This document shows positions 25,521 through 38,106 of a DNA stretch of 64,000 nucleotides, piece after piece (position 1 is the stretch's first letter; each line of letters begins with the position of its first letter). The notes under the pieces were generated by a model that had not been told where the DNA came from, did no database searches, and saw nothing but the letters and a program-made list of their open reading frames with translations. Source of the stretch: Camelus dromedarius (taxonomy: Eukaryota); contig NC_087455.1 in assembly GCF_036321535.1 (NCBI RefSeq), positions 1,302,001 to 1,366,000 of the forward strand, given 5' to 3'. A program made the position numbers and the translations under genes.

Positions 25521-27282
25521 TGAGGTGATGCAAGCTGACGGCAGCAGTGGGGCCGACGTGGAGGCCCAGCTGAGAAGGGAGCTCAGAGGAGTCTGCTTGG
25601 GTTTGGTCGAAGGGGACACCTTTCTCAGGTGTAACCTGAAAATATGCGGAAAGAAGCTGGCATATTACCAGAGTCCAGCTCAGTGACCAACAGTCAGTCC
25701 AGCCCGTCACGATACTGTGTGAAAACGCCTCCCGTGGCTCGGTCGCCCGGGTTCGCAGGCTCCCACTCGACCTGGCCAGGCTTCTAGGGCACAGGTGGTC
25801 TGAGCAAGGTGCACCGCACTGCCCGGGCATCTGGTCCCCTGGAGCTGACAGACGGCATTACAGGGCAGACCCCTCTCAGGCATGAGTGTCACACTGCATT
25901 TCCTTCACTGCATTAATTCCTTTCCCCTCAGCTGTTATTTCTCCATTTGTATCCAAAGTTTTCCAGCGTTGGAAGGGACAATAAGTTTGGCCCTTGTGCT
26001 GGTCTAACCTGCAGGCAGCCGTTCCAGTCCGTGGGCCCGCCCCTCTGTCCACTGCGCTCCACGTCGGGCAGGGGGTCGCGGGTGCAGGGCGAGTGGGCTG
26101 CCACTGCCGCTGGGCAGCTCAGCTGCGCTCACCGTGAGTCCCAGTTCTGCCAGGTGCAGGGCAGGCACAGCCTGCCCCATCATGCCCATAGGAACTCTGA
26201 CAGCAAGGGTTAAAAATGGAGTTCGTTTCTTGCTTAGGAATCATCACTGCTTCGGGAAAAGACAGGTGAGGTGATGTGGGGAAAGAAGCTGAGTTGTCAC
26301 ACCAGCCTCCCCTCTCCTTGGCCAGACTGAGGCTCAAAATGCACAAAGGAAGGCCAAGGAAACCTGGTCATGGTGCCAGGAAACTGGGACTTGAGACCAA
26401 TCCTTTGCCCCCAAAATTTGGGGCCCCTCAAGACAGAGAAGCGGGTCCCCGTTCAAGCTGGGTCATTTTCCTGATTACTGTGGGATTCAAAGTCGCAGCT
26501 TCACAAACCAGGCAAGAACGACTGAGTCACTGGGGTCCCTCCCTCCCAGCACTCTCTGGCTGACTGCCCAGGCCAATGGAAAATTGAGAAACCCTATAAT
26601 GAGAGGGCCACTCAGGACTCTGAAACTGCAGGAATGAGGCTGAGGTGCTGGCTGGCAGTGAGGGGAACATGGAAAGAGAAGAGGGACTCTGGTTATCAAC
26701 CATGTCCTGGATCAGCTACAGAGATGGGGGCTGGGGAAGCCCCCCCGCCAAGTTCACGTTGCTTCTTTCCCTTCTATCTTGTGTGCAGCACTAGCGTGGC
26801 AGGATGTCTGTGGCAGATGATGAGACCTGGGTCCCCAGTGCCTACTGGTGCTCCAGACTCACGATCTCCTCCCTCCATGCTGCTGCCAGCCCCGGAGTTG
26901 GCATCTGGACACCCTGATAAGCATTCTTGTCTTCTGGCCTCCCTCTGGGCTCAGCTCAAGGGAAACAGCTGACAGCAGGTTGGAGCGGGGAGGTTCTCAC
27001 TGCCACCCTACTGCTGCACTTTTGCTGAGCCAGTGCCCCTCCTGAAGGTTATGGGTCGACCTGGTTGGGGATCTCCCTGTATTTGACCCTTAGTGCTTGG
27101 GGCTCCGGTGCATGTTGGCTGCTGGAGCTTCAGCGACCTGTGTAAGTTTCTTTTAAGCCTCCTGCATCGGCTCAGGGTGCCCAACTGTTTCCGGCTGAAG
27201 CCACTTCCTCTACGAGCCTGGAAAGATGCCCCTTCTGCATCCTCACAAACCCCTCAGAGCTCTTGCAATACCTGACATTCAG

Positions 27283-28080
27283 CTACAAGCGTATTCACTT
27301 ACAAATAATTTCCAAAATATACAAATAGCTCATACACCTTAACGTCAAAAAAACAAACCCAATAAAAAAATGGGCAAAAGACCTAACAGACATCTCTCCA
27401 AAGAAGACAGACAGATGGCCAACAAACACCTGAAAAGATGCTCAACATCCATAATTGTTAGAGAAATGCAAATCAAAACCACAATGAGATCTCACCTCAC
27501 ACCAGTCAGAAAGGCCATCATTAAAAAGTCTACAAACTATAAATGCTGGGGAGGGTGTGGAGAAGACAGAACCCTCCTATACTGCTGGTGGGAATGTAAA
27601 CTGGTGCAGCCACTATGGAGGACACTATGAAGTTTCCTTAAAAAACTAAAAATAGACTTACTGTATGATCCATCAATCCCACTCCTGGGCATATACCCAG
27701 AGAAAAATATAATTAAAAAAGATACATNNNNNNNNNNNNNNNNNNNNNNNNNNNNNNNNNNNNNNNNNNNNNNNNNNNNNNNNNNNNNNNNNNNNNNNNN
27801 NNNNNNNNNNNNNNNNNNNNNNNNNNNNNNNNNNNNNNNNNNNNNNNNNNNNNNNNNNNNNNNNNNNNNNNNNNNNNNNNNNNNNNNNNNNNNNNNNNNN
27901 NNNNNNNNNNNNNNNNNNNNNNNNNNNNNNNNNNNNNAAGAAAAATACCATATGATATCACTTATATGTGGAATCTAAAAAAGGACACAAATGAACTTAT
28001 CTACAAAACAGAAACAGACTCACAGGCATAGAGAACAAACTTATAGTTAATGGGGGGTAAAGGGTGTGGGAAGGGATAAA
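27283..28080 (+). mobile_element. Relatively young L1 3' end containing an assembly gap
   Basis: ORF 27370..27630 gives the L1 ORF2 C-terminal signature ([32 protein letters not shown]). Confidence 0.9.
27728..27937. other. Assembly gap (210 N) inside the L1
   Basis: Run of N. Confidence 1.
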
Positions 28081-29280
28081 TTGGAAATTCAAAAACTGCA
28101 CCTCTAAGGGAGTGATGGAAATGTCAGCTGTCCTGATTGTGGTAGTGGTCTCATTGGTGTGTACGTCTATCAAAATTCATCAAATTGTACATTTAAAATA
28201 TGTGTAGTTTACTGTACATGAACCATACCACAATAAAGATGTTTTTAAAAAGAGTACAAAGCAGAAAACATTAATTGCAATGAAGAACCTTACTTCAAAG
28301 TCATAAAATTATAATTACTAGTTGTAGGAAGACTTAAAATTCTAAATTTGTATGAATCTGTTAAATGAACAGACAATAAATAAAGCAGAGGTCGAGACTA
28401 AAAAGGACAGCATGCCTCCTCTCCCTGTGAATAATCAGTAGAACCAGCAGGTGGAAAATCAGACGGCGGGGGTTGGGACATGATTAACAAAAGAGTCTAT
28501 GGCATTTTGTCACAGCAGCCTGAACCAACTGAGACAGTGTCACTAGAGGTTTGAAACTTAGTAAGAGGATTTTACTAACAACTTTAATGCAAAAAAATCT
28601 GAAAAATTGAATGAGATAAATTACTCATCAAAAGCTAATAAAAACTATTAGAAGAAAAAAACACAAATAACTCTGACTTTAAAAAAAAAAGTGTTTTACT
28701 TTGGAGTAATTACAGAATCACAGGAAGTTGCAAAGACAATGCGGAGAGGCCCCAGCCACCCTCGCCACCCTGCCCCCAGTGGTTACGTCTCCCACAACTA
28801 TAGTCGGCGTCAGAGCCGGATGTGGGCACTGGCAGGAGCCGTTATGTAGTCCTGCACCACACGCGGGGGTTCCCGTTACCAGCACCCCAGTCAACACACA
28901 GATCGGTCTGTCGCCACGAAGGTCTCCCTCCCTCAGGCTGCCCCTCAACAGCACCCGCACTCTCCTCCGCCACACCATCACCAAATCCTGCAGCTACTAA
29001 ACCGCTCAGCATTTCCACAGTTGTGTTGTTTTGAGAACGTTTTTTCTGAGTGCTTTCTTGTCTCCTCACCTCTGGCTTTATTGAGCTAGACTTGATATAC
29101 ATCACTATGTTTGTTTAAGATGTACCGCATGACCTGACTTACACAGTGACATGATCACCACCGTAAGTTTAGTCAACATCCATCGTCTCATACAGATTTT
29201 TAAAAAAAGAAACACTGTCTTTTCTTGAAATGAGAACTCTTAGGACTTACTCTCTTAATAACTTTCAAATACCCATCCCA

Positions 29281-29713
29281 TTTGACCTTGGCCCAAGGGA
29301 CGGCTGACCCTAGCCCCTCCCCACCTGACTGCAGACTTTGGTGAAGGTGCTACTCTACTCCCTGGGTCTAAGTGCCGCCGTGTTCGCCAGGCCCGAGCGC
29401 TACCATCCCCAGCGCTGGCTGGACCACCAGGACTCTGGCATCAGGTTCCCGCACCTGGCCTTTGGCTCTGGCGTGTGCCAGTGCCTGGGGCGGCGCCTGG
29501 CAGAAGTGGAGATGCTGCTCCTGATGCACCACATGAGTGGGCCTCGGTGGGCCCTGGCGGGCAGCCCGCTTGCAGATCCCAGGCTTCTGCCCCTAGGACG
29601 CCCAGCCCCAGGGCCCTGGACAGAACCCTGCCTCTGTCCTAGGTGCTGGAAAACTTCCTGGTGGAGTCACTGGTGCAAGAGGACATCAAGATGGTCTACT
29701 GCTTCATACTGAT
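29281..29713 (+). pseudogene. CYP11B remnant: end of intron 7, exon 8 (29335-29532), intron 8 and 5' part of exon 9 (29643-29713)
   Basis: Aligns to 49686-50141. There are 12 differences in the 198-nt exon 8, including R412L, F445S and R448C. The exon 8 donor is mutated from GT to AT, exons 1-7 are absent (L1 sequence upstream), and exon 9 is truncated by a deletion junction. Confidence 0.93.
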
Positions 29714-29717
29714 TTGT

Positions 29718-32133
29718 AAGTACTGTGCCTAATGGAGTCGTCCAGCAATATCTCAAGATACAAGTACATGATCCAAAAGCAGTCGTACTTCTCTTCATTG
29801 GTAATGCCAAATCCGAAAATACAATTAAGAAACCCATTCCATTTGCAAGAGCATCAAAAAGAGTGTAACACCTAGGAATTAAAAGATGTCCAAAATTTAT
29901 ACTCAGAAAACCACAAAGCACCGTGGAAAGAAATTAAAGAAGAGCTACAGAGTTGGAAAGCATCCTGCACCCACGAATCAGAAGATGCTGTCTTGCTCCC
30001 GTGGCGACACTCCTCATACAGGTCTCCAGACTCGACGCAACCCCTATGAAGACTCCAGCGGACTCCTTCGTAGAAAGTGCCAGGCTGACTCTAAAATTCA
30101 CAGGGAACGCAAGGAAACTAGAAAAGTGGTCCTGGACCAGTCTTCCCGCGGGCATGTAGACTATGCCCTGGGGCTGTTTCGTTTTTGACTAAAATACTCA
30201 ATCTCTGTTCCCTCAAGTGGCAATATACTTTTGTCCGTGTGTGAGTGGTGCCTAACAAGGAAAACAACGGATCAGAGCTAACACCACAAAGAAATCCGAG
30301 TACACAATACCCAAACCATCATGCTCTTTATTTCTCCCTCCAAACAAGCCCTAAATGGGTGACTTGCCAACGGGGGACCCCGTGGGTCACTGTCTCTGGC
30401 TCACAAAAGAGCAAAGGACAGCCAACTGGCTCTGGGGAATGGGGAGATGGTAAGACCCTCCAAAGGCAGCTTCTCATGTCAGTGTATTGCTGACCGCAAT
30501 GGAGGCAAAGCTCAGGAAAAAGGTTGACTGCCCTAATCGCACAGTTCCTTCCAATTCCTCCTCAACTGTCATTTCGGGGAGGATGTCCCTCTCAAGATTA
30601 CTAATACCCCCCTCGTTGCAGGTCATACTATTACAGCAATGAACAAAATAGAAAGAGTTAGAACGAAAGTATTTTCTCCTGGGGGCTTCAGGAGGCTGCT
30701 GAGAGGGGTGCACAAATGTGCAGTTGTTTGTGCAGTTCTTGTAAACGAATAATTCACGTTCATCGTAACCTAAAAAAGTAAAGATGACAATCATTGATTT
30801 CTCGTTTTCTGCTTACAAATATCAAAGCACGTTTATCTTAACTAGCTCCATCCCTCACGTGTTGTTACACTGCCTGAAATTCTTGATTGAGAAGACAATC
30901 CAAGTCCAATAAGGGTTCGGTGACTCCATGACACCTTCTCCTGGAGATGTTGTCTCGCTACACTGCCACCTCATCTCTGTATCTGGCCTCCCTATGAAGC
31001 TTCCTGGTGCCTGATCACGGAGCTGTACAAACGCATCGTCCTGTTCACCATTTGCTCTAAGAATTCTAGGGATCCGGAAGCAGAACGGAGCCCAGGAAAC
31101 ATGTTTTGCTGATGTCCCAAGGTCACACAGACCCTCCAAGCAGAGGGCCCTTGTCATCTGGCCTCCAGCTGACTTTCTGCAGCTGGCCTCACCCTGCTAG
31201 AACGGGCTCCCGCCGCACCCCTCTGCCTGCCGTTCCCCGCCCCCGGCCCAGCACGGAGGCTGACGCACATTCACACCCACCTGCTCCCCAGTGCAGCCCT
31301 GGTGCCCCGTCCCAAGTACAGTCCCACTGGGACGCCTGTGAGCGCCTTCGCTGGAGGACTGGCCAGTGCCCTCGACCAGCCAAAGCCCTGTTCAGGCTCC
31401 ACCTGAGGCCTGGCTCGAGAGTCCCTGAGTTAAGCTGCCGCGGCCTCACTCACCAGTTCTGTGCCCCTGGCCTCACACAGACACCTCCTCCCGGAGCTCA
31501 CCGGGGGCACCTACCCACTCGGGCGGCCTCACCTGCCTCAGAAAGTGCTGACGGCTGCGCCCCAGGCACCTGCTTTCCTTGATTTTCCGTTTGTGCCAAA
31601 GAGCTTGCTAAAGACCCACATTCTACAGAAAAGCGCACAATCGCAGGGCGACAGCTTCACGGACCCTCCCGAAGCGCACGTAACCGCAGAGCAGCATCCT
31701 GCTCGAGAAGCAGGCCTGGGTGGAAAGCCCCGCATTCCTCCCTCCGTTCCTCGACTCAGGCACGAGACGCGCCACGGCCAGAGGCGAGGAGGAAGCGCCC
31801 GGCTTTCCGAGCCTCCACGTGACTCGGCCTGCTTTTGAATCAACGGAAAGGAAATCCACCCGCGCTGCTCGTTTTTGCGTCTGCCGCCTCTTCTCTGCGG
31901 GGCTCTGTGCGGTCCGGCCCTGCCCCTGGCGAGGCCGCGCGGCGCTCCCTCTCGCGGTTGCGTACTTTCCACCGATGGACACACCTCACTTCACTGCGGA
32001 TGGACACGGGGCTGCTTCTGGGTTTTATCGAGCCCAGGGGGTGCTGCAGCGAGTACTCTTGTCCTTGTCTTGGGGGTGGGGTGGGGGACGTGCGAGTCTC
32101 ACGAGGTGTGTGCCAGGGCTGGCGACGCTGGGC
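29718..32133 (+). repeat. Direct segmental duplication, copy 1 (partner 54833-57247)
   Basis: Identical ORF translations at offset 25115/25114. By eye only four differences were found. Confidence 0.95.
30327..30332 (-). terminator. GML: GML polyadenylation signal AATAAA
   Basis: TTTATT on the plus strand, about 140 nt past the stop codon. Confidence 0.7.
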
Positions 32134-35100
32134 CTCTGCTGCGCTCACAGGCGGACGCCGTTCATGAGCCTTCCGACCGCTTGTGCCTGTTCACGCTCCA
32201 AAGGAGCGCGCACATGTCAGCGTCTCGCCACGTGCTGGGCTTTGAATAGTCAGTCATTCCTTCTGCAGTCATCGTATCACGCGTTTATATTGCATTTTCA
32301 CCAAAAAGAATCACGTCCAAAGATCTCTGTTTTATTTGTTACCGGTTCAGAACTCATTTTCTGGCAAACTGCCTTCATGCCTTTTGCTCAAATTTCTACT
32401 GGGTGATCAGCTATTTTAGTTACTGATTGGACGGAAGAGGTTCTTTCTGCATTAAATACAGTCTATATTTCATTTCCACTCTTCCGCTGTAAAATCACTA
32501 ATGAAGTGTGAGCCCATGAAACCCTAGGCCCCAACCTTGACTCCCTAAAAACAGAGCCCCGGCCCAGCCCTCGTTCTGTCTCCTGCAGACCTCGCACTGT
32601 GCCTCTAGGTGTCCCCTGCAGGCCAACAAGCCTCCTCCCCACTCCAGGGCAGGGTCAGCTTCGTCACAAAGCCTCTACGTGGACACTCTGCTTCCTGCGT
32701 TCGCCCTCCTCCTCTACTGGTCTGTCTTCGATCCCGAGCCCAGCACCACTCCGTCCTAGTGAACGGAGCGGCGTAAGTGCTCTCGGTACTTGACAGCGCT
32801 GGGTCCCCAGCGCCTTTCTTCTCCCACTAGGCTGCTTTGGTTATTCCTAACCCTTTCCACTTCCACAGATGTTTGAACATCTGGAATCAGCTTTTAGCGC
32901 GCGCGGGCACACACCCTGCTGAGATTCTGGTTACAACTTTATTGAGTTTGTAGATTAATCTTGGCTCTGTAGGGGGTCTTGATCCACAAGCTCGGTTTGT
33001 CCTTCTGTCAGTTTAAGGGTTTCACTTCAATAGTGATTCTGCAGTTTCAGTGTGGAAATTCTGCACAAATCTAGTTGGATTTCTTCCCAGGTAGTGAGTG
33101 ATATCTTGGTGCTTGTAAACAAGCTATGCTTTTTAGTAAATTTCATTTTCAATTTGTCAGTAGGGGCCTGTAAAAACAAAACTGACTTTTTAAATTGATT
33201 CTTGAATATTGACCTTCTATCCAGGGCCCTTTGTAAATTCACTTGTTTTTTCCAAAGCTTGTGGTTTTCAGTGACTAGTAGCAGTGTAATTCCTGTCTTT
33301 CCAATCACCATGTATGTTATTTCTTGCTCTGGCCTACGTGAACCAACCATGAACTTGGTTCCATGGGGAGCAGAGGTGGTGACAGCAGGCATCATACCCC
33401 TCTGTGACTCAGGAAAAAAACTTTTCACATTCTCGTTGAACTACCACTATTCTATGAGAGAAAATTTCCCTTCTGCTTCCATTTCCTCACAGGTTTCTTC
33501 CTAACTGGGAAATGCTGTTGGGTTTTATCACAAAGTTTTCAGCCTGTTGGTCATCACTCCACGATGTTTCATTTTCCCTTTGTTCATGCGATGAACTAAA
33601 CTAGTGGGTTTCAAACTGTAAGGCACCATGCAGTTCTGTGATTGCTCCCCTCCTGTGTGCCATTGCCATGGCTTACGTGGCGAGGGCGCCTTCATCCCAG
33701 ATGATGAATGAATATTGACAAATTCTTCTCAGCTCAAGTCCACGCTTCATTCAGAGGTTGCTCATCTTCCCTAGTGTTCCTGTCCTGACTCAGGATCCCA
33801 TCCCCGAAAGGCACGTGTCAGAGCTCCTGCAGCTCATGCAGACCCGGGTTCTACTGGCTGGAGTCTGGCAGGTGTCTCTGCGTCTCTAGGCACAAGAGAC
33901 GACCATCAGCGATTCCCCACTCTCCCGGTGTCTTTGTTGGGTGTGTGTCGGGTGTACGCTGTGATCGTGAGCATGCTGGTGAGAGGCTCCTCCCTGCTTT
34001 TGCGGAAGGGGTTGTGTAAGCTTGGGGTGACTCCTCCCATGATACTAGCGAGGTATTGCCAGGGAAGCAATCTCTGGCTCACAGAGTTTTTAGAAAGGAC
34101 TCAGGGCACTTCAGTCTTACATTCTCATTGCCAGAAAGAGGTGGTTAACAGCGTTTTTCAAGTTTTTGTTCGTTTCATCAGGAATGTCGCATTTATCACA
34201 GGGAGTATATTCATAACAGCCACGTTTTCTTTATAAGGCCTGTGAGGGCACCAACTGACGCCTCCCCTCCCATTTCTGATGTTGGCTATGCAAATTTCAT
34301 TTTATTTAATTTTTGTTCATTTCTTACTCTGTTTTACAAATAACATGAATCTTTCCAAAAAACCAACTCTGGCTTTGTGGATTTACCTCTTGTTCATTTC
34401 TGAGCCAACTCCTGGGAACATGGTCTCGGGATGGAGACACAGCAGGCCAAGGCCATGGGCTGGGTGCAGAGAAAGAACACACTGGCCCTGCCCCTGAAAC
34501 TTCCCAGGTGGAGTGACTAGTTCACCAGGTGGAGGAAAGACAAATTGGTACTTACGAGATGAGATGGTCAAACAGCGCCTAATTTCATAAGGACAGACTC
34601 TAATATTTGAACAATAGAAGGTGTTCGTGACCCAACAATCATAGCATTTCAAATTATAGGTCCCTAGAGAAAAAGAGAGCGGTGTCAGTCAGGCTCCTGT
34701 CCAACGTGCCTTTTTCCTCTACCTTTCCACCCACCACACCCCTCCAGCAGCTGGCCCCTTCCCTCAGCATCAGAGGACATCCTGAGGCCTGCCCTGCTCA
34801 GCCCTCGCTGGGCTGTGTGTCAGGGCAGGGCTACCTCCCTGCACAGAAGCCTGGTACACCCAGGACATTTTCTTGTTCTCAGACACAGGTTCTCAGGAAC
34901 GCCTGCAGGTGGCCAGGTGTGTGAACCCTCCGCTCTATTGATTGGACCCACCTTTTCAAGGAAGGCCTGAGAATCTATGAGGCCACCCGCCCCGAATTCC
35001 CTGCACTCAGCCACCCCTGCTTGTTCCAGATGGGGAAGGGCCCCAGCTAGAGACACCACCCTCTCCGGTCCCTGGGTCCACAGGTCCTTGGAGAAAGCCT

Positions 35101-35347
35101 TCCTCCATCCTGACCCTCCCCTTGCTCACGGACACTCTCTAGTCCACCCTGTGGTCACCAGCTGCACTGGCAGTGGAGATCTCAGCTGGCTAAGATGATG
35201 AAAACTCCATTCAGACCCTTACCATGACCCCAATTCAGTGAAGCCTCCTCCTCTCTAAGGCAGAGAAGACTGATACTCACAGGCTTCAGGATCAATGTCA
35301 CCGTGTGGCCACCCCATGAAGAGGAGGAAGGCAAAGAGGAGCTTCAT
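30474..35347 (-). CDS. GML: Glycosylphosphatidylinositol-anchored molecule-like protein (LU domain), 156 aa; coding exons 35281-35347, 34556-34663, 30474-30769
   Basis: Exons of 67+108+296=471 nt with phase-1 GT/AG junctions translate to MKLLFAFLLFMGWPHGDIDPEAWTYNLKCYDCWVTNTFYCSNIRVCPYEIRRCLTISSRYDERELFVYKNCTNNCTFVHPSQQPPEAPRRKYFRSNSFYFVHCCNSMTCNEGGISNLERDILPEMTVEEELEGTVRLGQSTFFLSFASIAVSNTLT. It has 10 Cys and GML-typical motifs (NIRVCPY.IRRC, KNCTNNCTFV), and sits tail-to-tail with CYP11B as in human. Confidence 0.92.
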
Positions 35348-37616
35348 CCCTGTGGGAGCTTGAACCTGGAGGGAGGAGATCCAGGGTGCAAGTCAGCGAG
35401 GGCAGGGCTCCTTGTAGGGGCTTCTGGGCTCCCAGCTCCAACCAGCACGTGGGTCCCCACCTCCCGCTCTGGGCTGAGTGCTCCTCCGGGCAGGACCTGG
35501 CCAGCAGGCCTTTGCCACACACAAAGGCTTTGCCAAGCTCAAGCCTTCATCTCAGACCAAGACATCCTTCCTGCTCTCCATCTGGCAGAGCACAGCCAGG
35601 GCAGCGAGGTCCTGCGGCTGTTTCCACGCGGACCACACCCCAGGGCCGCACACCCTCAAGTGTTTCTCCTTATCTACTCGTTGACGCCCCACCTCAAGAG
35701 CAACCTGGGGAAAGTGCTGGAACATTGTCCTTTGAGGTATTTCCTGCCTGTACAAGGACCATGACACACGTAGGGCTGGGGACCAGAGGAGGGGAACTAG
35801 TAATGAAGATGCCAGAAGCCTAACTTGCCCTGTGGCTAGGAAGTGTGGACCCCATGCAGTCCTGTCTCCCTGGGCCTGGGCATCACAGAGCCCTGAATGA
35901 CTGCCGGGGGCAGGGGGGCCTGGGGCTCCTCACGCCTGAGCCAGGACACTAGCACTTGCTGGAGGGGCAGCCCCCAGGCACCAGGCAGTGCCTGCACCTG
36001 AAACATCACTTGCGGGGACCCACCTGCACCCTCACCGCTGCCAATGCCTATGGCCTCTGGGGAACCTGCCTCCCCCAGCCCCAGGCAGCCTCGCTCCCTG
36101 GGGCGCCCCTTCTCCCTTGCCGGGAGCGTGACATGCTCTCGGCGCTCTGTGCGGCTCCTCTCTGAGGGGAGCTCCTCGTCTGCTGCCGCCTGTCAACCCG
36201 AGGAGACCCACCCGGGTGGTGGCAGCCCTTGGCATGCAACCCCCACGGATCCAGCTGAGGGGCCCCCGACGGGGTCTGACTGTGCAGCAGGCAGCCATGC
36301 CCCTGAGGTGGGCACCCAGAGGTCCTGCCCCCGGCCCCCTGCTTTCCTAAGTGCAGCTCTCAACCCAGCTGCAGCCCAGGCCTTCCCACTTGGGAAGCTC
36401 CCGAGTACGGAGAATCGGGGTGAAGGTGGGTCAGCGCCAGGGCCCTGGAGGGGCTGCTCCTTTGACCAGCCAGCCCGCCCCCAGTGTGGACCCCCAACCT
36501 CTCCAGGCACAGATCCTCGTCCCCTGCAGCCCCTTCCCACTCGGTGCTGCCTGCCTTCCCTGCATCTGTCCCTTCCCTCAGCCACACTTGCTCCCGGGCC
36601 GGTCTCGTGAGCAGCTAGTGACCCAGAGCCAACGTAGTGAGGCCCTCTTCTCCCACTCGCCACACCAGACACTCCGGACATTTCTGTGCTGCAAATACCC
36701 AGAGAAGATGCTGACCACAACCCGTCAGATGTCTTCACGGACGCCCCACTGAGGTCTTTAGACAGATGGGAAATACCCAAGGGCTCAGATGAGGGACGCG
36801 GCAGAAATCAGACTGGAAAGTGTCCAGAAGCAACACGACTGCCGGCACCGTCTGTGAACGGCCAGTGCTCAGAGATTCAGGGTCTGACAGCTGAACAGGT
36901 CCTGGAAATAAAGCCAGGGCCCCTGAAAAGTGGAGAGTGGGGACTGAGATCCTCACACAGAACAGGATTCATCCAAGAGTGAAAGTGTCACAGAGCAAAA
37001 TGAACCACACTGTCTAAGATCGGCTTGGGCAGAGTCAACTCTTCCTGGCTTCCCATCGCCCAGAGACAGAATCCCGTGCCCTCAGCACAAACCATGCAAC
37101 CTCCCAGAAACCTGCCGATCTGAGAGCTGCATGGAGCTCAGGCTGAAGACAGAAACTCCCACGTGCACAGGCAACAGGAGCAGGAGTTACAGATGTGAGA
37201 GGCTCTCAGTCACAACGCAGCAGAGTCAGCCCAGACGTCGCCAGGGGCCGCTCAGCGCTGCCACCCACCCCACCCACACCCCACCCGGCTTGGGTCCTGA
37301 GCCGACGGAGTGGCCGGGCCCTCCCACAGCCTCCCTGCCAGAGGAGAGAGCAGGCATCCTCTGTGGTAACAAAGCCACCAACGTGCTGGCCAGGGTCTAT
37401 GCAAGTCCAGAGTCTCTGTGAAAAACCACAAGACGCAGAAGAGGCAGGACTGGAGGACTGCTATGCAAGAAAGCAGCGGTAGAAGGCAACCCCAGTTCAC
37501 CCAGAGGCTGATGTCAGCATCTAAGTGCTTGTAATTCATTATAATGAAAATATAAGGAGAAAGTGGTAACAAAAACGATTTTAAAAACATGAAAATCTTC
37601 AACAGTGAAACGACAT

Positions 37617-38106
37617 TGATGGGGCTCAGGGCAGACAGCCCCCAAATTTGCGAAGATAGTGTATTGATTACTTGGAATTAAAGTTGCTTGAGAAACATCC
37701 AGTATAGGAGGAACGCTCTGAGCCTCCTTGCTTCCCCTGCAAGCAGGAAAGAACGTCCCCCGGGGAATGCATCCTCCCTACGTGGGAAGGGTTGGAGGGC
37801 ATCCTTATCATCAAAGACGGGGATTTTGCGCTGACCAAGGTGCAAAAAGGAACCTTGTCACTTCTTCATTAATTTGCTACCCCCAGCAAAAATTCATTTG
37901 TTTTTATCAAATCTTCACACATCATTGATTCTCTGTCTAAAATGTATATAAACTGTCTCACTCAGTCCCTTTTTTAGGTCCTATACCTATGGGGCCTCCT
38001 TACCTTCAAAATTAAATGTTTCCTTCTGTTAATCTGTCTCATATCAATTTGATTAGACCAGCCAAAGGAACCTAGAGAGGTACAGGAAAAGCTTTCCTCC
38101 CCTACG
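37617..38106 (+). mobile_element. ERV1-type solo LTR in GML intron 1
   Basis: TGATGGGGCTCAGG start, typical LTR tail (CTGTTAATCTGTCT...CCAGCCAAAGGAACCTAGAGAGG...CCCCTAC), flanks ACAT/TCAT. Confidence 0.6.

Noticed and set aside
29338-29712. 124-aa P450-like ORF as a second functional CYP11B or a short isoform
   Set aside because: It has no promoter or exons 1-7, its donor is mutated, it carries R448C/F445S, and its exon 9 is truncated. It is treated as a pseudogene fragment.
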